From Vitrella brassicaformis CCMP3155 (taxonomy: Eukaryota; Protista; Chromerida): a DNA stretch of 64,000 nt. The stretch covers positions 1 through 64,000 of the forward strand of contig CDMY01000323.1 of NCBI GenBank assembly GCA_001179505.1, given 5' to 3'. The notes under the pieces are model-generated. The model was not told the DNA's origin, ran no database searches, and saw only the letters and a list, made by a program, of their open reading frames with translations. Numbering within the stretch: the stretch's first letter is position 1; the number at the start of each line of letters is the position of its first letter. The position numbers were made by a program, and so were the translations under genes. Positions 58,207-64,000 of this stretch are shown here, one piece after another.

Positions 58207-60472
58207 ATGCGTGTTTCCCTTCTTTCCTGCTTGATGCTGGCAGCTCCCGGTGGCTGCTGGTCAGCAATGGACTGCGGTGATACTTTGACTGATCTCTTCC
58301 CGCCCTTCCATGCTGCGAGTGTTTCCAACAGCTCCCTCGACCCGGCAGTGTTTGCATCGGCAATGCAGATGACAGAAACTGGCCAACGAGAGGCAATTGA
58401 ATGGCTCGCGGCGGCCGCCCGTGGCAAAGTTGGCCCTCTGAATGTGAGTTCCGTTGCGGCGTTTCTTACACATCTTCTGGCTGCCACCACTTTCATGACG
58501 CCACAGAGGGATGAAATGCTGCTGGCAGTGGAGGCGATAGAGCTCATCAAGGCGCACTTGCCTCTTCGGGATCTCCTCACGGCGGACTTCCCAATATTCA
58601 CGTACGATGAATATATGGACACGTATGAATTGTGTGGAAGAATACGCATGCTCTTTTTTGATAATTGAATACAGCATGTTGGCTGAGCTGCGCCCTCATG
58701 TATTGGGCCATGTTGCCGAGGCGCCATGCGAGTCTGCTGGGAGCTGGTCGTATCCGTTCGATGTGTTCCGCGAGGGTTTAGACTCGCTCATCGAAATGGC
58801 CCGACGTGATGGAGTTGCAAGGGCAGTTGCAAATCACGGCCATTTGGTCATTATGGCTGTGCAGATATCTTACGATTTCTCCTCGGGGCGTGCTGGGCTG
58901 GGTGAGGAACACGACAAACAAAGACACACAGGCGACGTATTTGTGTCATCCTTCAGGTGATATATACTCGTGTCCTTTGGGTTTTATGGCCGCCTGGACA
59001 TTCTGGCTGTTCATTTCTGCCTTCGAGAGCCCGCTGGTTGACTTGCATCAGTTGTTAACAAGGCAAGGAGCCGTCGCCCACGTCGACGCACTGTGGAGGT
59101 ATCTAAGGGTCAGTCAGCTCTTCAGCAAGCGTTGGCGGCTCTTGGAACTTCTCGACCTCGTGGCATCACAGTCGCTCGCCAAGGAAGACAGAGAACGAAG
59201 GAGATATAGGGAAGAAAGTAAGTCAGAGGGGAAGGAATCTTTAGTGCCTCTCATGTTTTGCGCCTCGTGCGATTAGCTGTGTCTGTTAAGTGTGACAACC
59301 AGTCGAGGAACAACTCTCCGATCCAGCAATCGAGTGATGTCATTCCGGACAGAAACCTGCTTATTTCGGTGCTGGCGTACAACCGCCCCCATTCCCTCGT
59401 TCGGCTGCTACAATCCCTCTCTATGTCACACTATTTCGGTCAGCGCGTGGATCTGCTCATCTCGGTTGACTTGAATCGTGACGGACTCGTCCACAGCGAG
59501 ACGCTCGAGGCAGCCAAGACCTATCCCTGGCCTCACGGCTCCCTGACAGTGCGGGTGAGGGACAGACACTATGGACTGGCGGAGCAGTGGATCCAAGCGA
59601 TCCCTGAAGACAGACTGCAGCAAGAAGATGGCACTATCCTTCTTATCCTGGAGGACGACATCGAAGTGTCTCCTTTCTTTTTTAAATGGCTCCGAAAGGC
59701 CCACACAGCGTATGAGCGGAGGGAGGACATCGGCGGATTCACTCTGCAACGCGCGCATATACTGGTACCAATCAGAAACGAAGCACATCTCTCACAGGCA
59801 AATCACACAGTAATGTCTGTTTCCTTCCCTCAAGGCCGATCAGAGACGAAAAAGAGATGCTGATCAGCAAGAGAAGCCCTCCTTGTTCCTCTATCCTTTT
59901 TTTGGCTCCATCGGTTTCAGCCCCAAAAGGGGCGTGTGGCTGAAGTTCGTTCGATGGTATAGGTCCGTGCAGCGGACCAGGTATCTTCCTTTGCTGCCGC
60001 ACATCGTCTCCACACAGTATTTCCTGCAGTATCAAGTCTTGAAGAAAGCCAATACGACAATGTGGACTCCTTGGCTCATGGCGTACGCGTACGAGAGAGG
60101 CCTGTTCTGTGTGTTTGCAAACGCTGCAAATGGGCATACACTCGCGGCACACTGGCATGAGCCAGGGCAGCATTACGTGGGCGAACCGCATGTCGATGCA
60201 TTTCCCCTGACAGAGTGGCGTGACGAGTGGTTTGACTTTCCAAATGAGCCTCTGCGACTTTCGTGGGATGGACTTCCTTTCTCTGTCGATCATTTGACGA
60301 TGGATGGACCAGGTGCATGTGTGTGAGTAATGGATGTGAGACGCTTAAGATGACAAAAACATCACAATGGGAAAAAGTGTATAGAAATGCTTCACTGTCA
60401 GTAGTGTCGGTTATCTCGCCACACACCCATGGGCTTGGCCTGGCTGACATGCATGTGGGCCGCCTCAGCTGA
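58207..60472 (+). CDS. Secretory-pathway GT-A fold (GT2-like) glycosyltransferase with an N-terminal extension of unknown function, multi-exon
   Basis: Signal-like MRVSLLSCLMLAAPGGC; VLAYNRPHSLVRLLQSL..VDLLISVD..WPHG..R..HYGL..W..ILLILEDDIEVSPFF; continues in another frame (LFLYPFFGSIGF..WT..HEPGQH) via an intron ending at 59834. Confidence 0.75.
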
Positions 60473-60985
60473 TGAAAAAGTGACGCACTTATGCACGGAA
60501 CTGCTGGGAAGTGAGACTCTGACACCCCCGGCCCTCACAGTCGTCGACAAACCGGCCGAGCTTGGCGCCATTGCGTGAGCCCTCTTGCCCAAACGACACA
60601 CATAGACCACACATAGACCCTTTCACACGATGTATCCACCAACATTTCCATCACACCTGGTCGGGCTCCAGCGACCGCAGAGTGTCCTTGCGCAACTCCT
60701 CAGGAGCCTGCTCGGCGATCTAGGGGAATCCCTCCGCCAACGCTACGGACTTCAAACCCTGTGGACTAAACAAACAGCCATGACATATCTGATGAAAATA
60801 AGTGGGGGCATGAATGAATTGTGTCCTGCATTTGTTGCCCTCTCGTTGTTGAAAGGGACCGATGGCAGGTCAACACGTAGCACTACATCAATGCACTGGA
60901 GTCGATACATCTTTTCCACAGGCATTCTGACTGATGTCTCAGGATGAAAAGTCGAGAGCAAAACCCAAACAAACACCTCTGTGGC

Positions 60986-61576
60986 TCAGGCAGGCGGTCG
61001 AATGAGATTGAGCAGCATTTCTTCCAGCTGCTCCACCTTCTGCTCCAAGGCGCCAATCTTGGCCTGGTATTTGGCATCCAGCTCCGACTGCAGCTGGCCG
61101 ATCTTGTCGCTGTCGGACAGACTGGCAGTCATGTTGTTGACGGCCTCAATCACGCCACCTTCCAGTTGTACGACTCGCCCTTCCAGTTGTGCCACTCCGA
61201 TGTCGGAGTTGGGATTTGTTTGGATGGTCGAGAAGTGCAGAAACATGGCTCCATGATGGATGTATTGCCAGCCTTCTGTCCAAGATGGACACGAGGATTG
61301 ATCTCCTGCTGTCAGCTCGATAGCCTTCACCGGATAGCCTTCACGTGGGGTTGCTACGTGCCACCTATCCCCCCACGCCGCTTCCGCCTGGGCTTTTGAC
61401 CCGCTGGGCATGGACCCGCCGATGCGTCCCTCCCAGGTATCCAACGATACACAATCATAGTTTTGTCCGCACCGCTTAAGCTGCACAACTTGTAGAAGGC
61501 ATAACGTGAGTATCTCCGCGGCAATCGGGAAAGGGCTCCAAGCGGCAAGCACCACGAGAAGCACTATCATCTTCAT
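60986..61576 (-). CDS. Predicted secreted protein with C-terminal coiled coil
   Basis: MKMIVLLVVLAAWSPFPIAA signal; heptads KIGQLQSELDAKYQAKIGALEQKVEQLEEMLL; may have additional 3' exons. Confidence 0.65.
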   Translation of the reverse strand: MKMIVLLVVLAAWSPFPIAAEILTLCLLQVVQLKRCGQNYDCVSLDTWEGRIGGSMPSGSKAQAEAAWGDRWHVATPREGYPVKAIELTAGDQSSCPSWTEGWQYIHHGAMFLHFSTIQTNPNSDIGVAQLEGRVVQLEGGVIEAVNNMTASLSDSDKIGQLQSELDAKYQAKIGALEQKVEQLEEMLLNLIRPPA

Positions 61577-61866
61577 TTTCGCTCTGAAAGCAGTGGATAA
61601 TCTGGCAAAGGCCCGAGATCATTGAGATGAGTTTCTCTCCTACCTGAAGTGCGTCGGGGAACCGGCTTGCAACCGTGTGTATTGGATGGCCACGACGTGC
61701 CGCATGCGGGCGGGGGACGAGAAATGTGGCCTGTAGCTTGTCGCGCCAGGCAGCCCCCAAGTGCTGCCTGGCGCGACAAGCTTGCTGGCGAGTGGGCTCA
61801 GGTATCATAGGCAAAAATGGCTTTACCTACGACATTCTTTTCATTCGACTTGTCTGCAGGTAATTA

Positions 61867-64000
61867 TGTCGAGTGGAAAGAGGAAATACACGAGAGGAAA
61901 ACCACCTCTGTGGTTTTTCCTCGCTGCTGTGGCGACGTGGGGAATTGAAGGAACAGAAGGCAGTGGGATCCCTCTGGACGCACGCCTCATGGTCAGGTAC
62001 GCAAGCCCCGTAGAACGCATCTGAAAACTATTGTCTGAAAATGAACCGACTCCTGTGACAAGGTCCGACGAGCCTGCCTTTGGGGGTTCTGTGGACTCTG
62101 CGACGGTCGAAATGTTCCTGTATGGTCGAAATTTGGAGGACGCTCGTATTTGGAAACTGTATAGCGCGGGGAAGGCGAAAGACACGTTTCTGAAGGAGCT
62201 AGAAGCTGGCCTTCTGAATACTCTGGTTCCAAGAGCTAAGGCTCCAGCAGGTAGACTGCTGCTGTACATAACCTAGTATGGTTCTCGTCGACATTTATGC
62301 AGGCCGAAGGCTGGTCATGTTGGATGACGCCCTTGATTGGTTTGGCCGCAATAAGAAAATATTCAATGTCGTGGCAGGTATTAATCGAATCCACACATTC
62401 ATCCCACGCGCACACGTGTATGCGCGGCATATTGCAATAGACATGAATTTTTTCTCCTTTTCTCTTTGTGTCTCGCCAAGGGGAGTATGTCGAGAAACAA
62501 TTCGCAAGCGTCATGAACGACTTGAAGAAGCCCTTCGATGCAGCCACCGAACTGCTGAAATGGCAATCACTGGACAAATTCTTCGACGACGCAGAAAAGA
62601 TGACGGACTCGCTCAACAATCCAACCTTGCAAAAGGCAAAAGAGATATTAGTCAATTTCGAAGGTCTCCACAAAGACCTGGGCGACGTGATCGAGAACCA
62701 GCTCTATCAAGGGAAAATGGCTCAGAAGCTATTAAATGGACTTCAGGAGATTGCTAATACCTTCCAGGACGGATTGACGGATGCAGAAGGCATCTTGAAT
62801 CACGTCAAAGCTAAGCTGGTTGAGTATGCCGATACTGAGATCAATGTAAGCACCATGGGGGAGCCTTCTGTGCATCAATCTTTTTTTCTTGCTGCTTTTA
62901 CCGTCAGGACGTCATCTTGAAGCTAGGAGTGCAGCAGGACCTCATGATGGTACGAGAGTTCCAAAGTGGACTGAGAGAGCTCCTGAACGATCAAGACACC
63001 CTTCTAGGGAGCTTTCAGGAGCTCGCTGGCCTGTCTGCCCTGGATGACGGCCTCGTTGGTTTCCTGCATGGTGCATTCAACGGACAGCTCACGCCAGTAC
63101 AGCAGCTGGAGGCAATCAAGGATGACAAGAGGATCATGCTCATTGAAGGACAGCAATCGTGGCGAGATGATGTTCACGATTTTTCGAAAGGTACAGCGTC
63201 GAAGGGTAAGCTGAGAGGAAGCGCAAGAAGGCTTTCCTTTTTTCAGGAGTTGACCTTGCAATAAACATCGCTTCGAGCCTAGGTGTGGACTCTGGATTGC
63301 TGGATGATGTGAGCAAAGTCTCCTCTTTTGCAACGTGAGAGACGCTTCAACGTCAGCCTGTTCAATTGCTGATGCGGGATTTTGCGTGTCGCGTCATCAG
63401 GCAAGCTGCGATGGCCTTTCTTCCATCTAATGTAGTGGGGATGATACAGCTCGGCTTCTCTGCTATCGGGTCAATTTTTGGCATAAAGAAGAAGAAGAGA
63501 GGCCCTAGTGCAGCTGCTTTGAGACACCACCAAGTCATGCAGGCACTCCAGCAAATTCGGGAAGGACAGAAGATCATTTTGGATGCAACAATGGAGGGCC
63601 AGCAGGAAATCAAAGAGCTCATTGTCGAGGGCGTCTCAAAGCTCATGGAGGGGCAGAAGCAACTGATGACAAACCAAGAAACACTGTATGCACGAGCATT
63701 AAAGAAATCCTCTCCTTTAATCGTCAATCCTTTTGTCGATACAGATACCAAACCACAATGAATTTGGCGAAGGACCTCAACGAAAAACACCTTGAGGTGA
63801 TCGAGCGCTTCGACGACCTTGACATCAAGCTTTGGCAGGTGGCGGCAGTCGTGAAGGAGCTAAGATTTGATGAGATCGGTCACTGTCGCAATCTGGAGGT
63901 CGCCCTGCTGAAGGAGGAGGCCTTGCACGATGGATACTTCACAAATTATGCAGACCTCGTATACTTCGTCAACGTAACACACACACACACACACACACAC
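61867..64000 (+). CDS. Large all-alpha, probably secreted protein with an internal Gly/Ala-rich hydrophobic hairpin followed by a coiled coil; runs off the window end
   Basis: ORFs 62031, 62468, 62917 and 63366 join through short GT-AG introns (63206- or 63191-63246; 63335-63400; 63686-63744) into GVDLAINIASSLGVDSGLLDDVSKVSSFATQAAMAFLPSNVVGMIQLGFSAIGSIFGIKKKKRGPSAAALRHHQVMQALQQIREGQ. Confidence 0.7.

Noticed and set aside
59765-59883. Programmed frameshift or pseudogenisation in the glycosyltransferase
   Set aside because: Phase-0 GT-AG introns (59765-59834 or 59810-59834) restore the frame
62917-63790. Stops between the terminal ORFs suggesting separate genes or a pseudogene
   Set aside because: Short GT-AG introns join them in frame
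1-64000. Autonomous transposon, retroelement, viral or rRNA/snRNA sequence
   Set aside because: No RT, integrase, transposase, capsid or rRNA/snRNA signature recognised by eye; a HMMER/Infernal scan would be needed to exclude divergent ones

Overview
Eukaryotic nuclear DNA: GC-rich and intron-dense, with (TG)n/(GACA)n/(GGAT)n/(GGGA)n microsatellites in introns. Gene content and style most resemble the chromerid alveolate Vitrella brassicaformis (inference). Most short ORFs in the six-frame track are antisense or microsatellite artefacts; the real genes are multi-exon, and I rebuilt them by eye from GT-AG junctions, so the ends are approximate. Recognisable content: SYF1/XAB2, a UXT-like prefoldin, a PhzF-like isomerase, an F-box + DUF3506 (FBXO31-like) protein, a GT-A glycosyltransferase and three tRNAs (Ile-AAT, Leu-AAG, Leu-CAG). 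There are also three copies (one pseudogenised) of an intronless F-box-like family, several decayed genes including a kinase remnant, and a 300-N gap. The most interesting items are two large surface receptors. One is a PAN/Ig/Cys-repeat GAIN-GPS 5-TM polycystin-1-like protein with an intact HL|T autoproteolysis site. The other is an LRR + ephrin-like Cys-repeat 9-TM CRMP-type protein. Also notable: a putative alpha-pore-forming-toxin-like gene head-to-head with a second secreted coiled-coil gene, UG-repeat 3' splice sites, and several unexplained non-coding motif clusters and repeats. No CRISPR, rRNA or autonomous transposon was seen.
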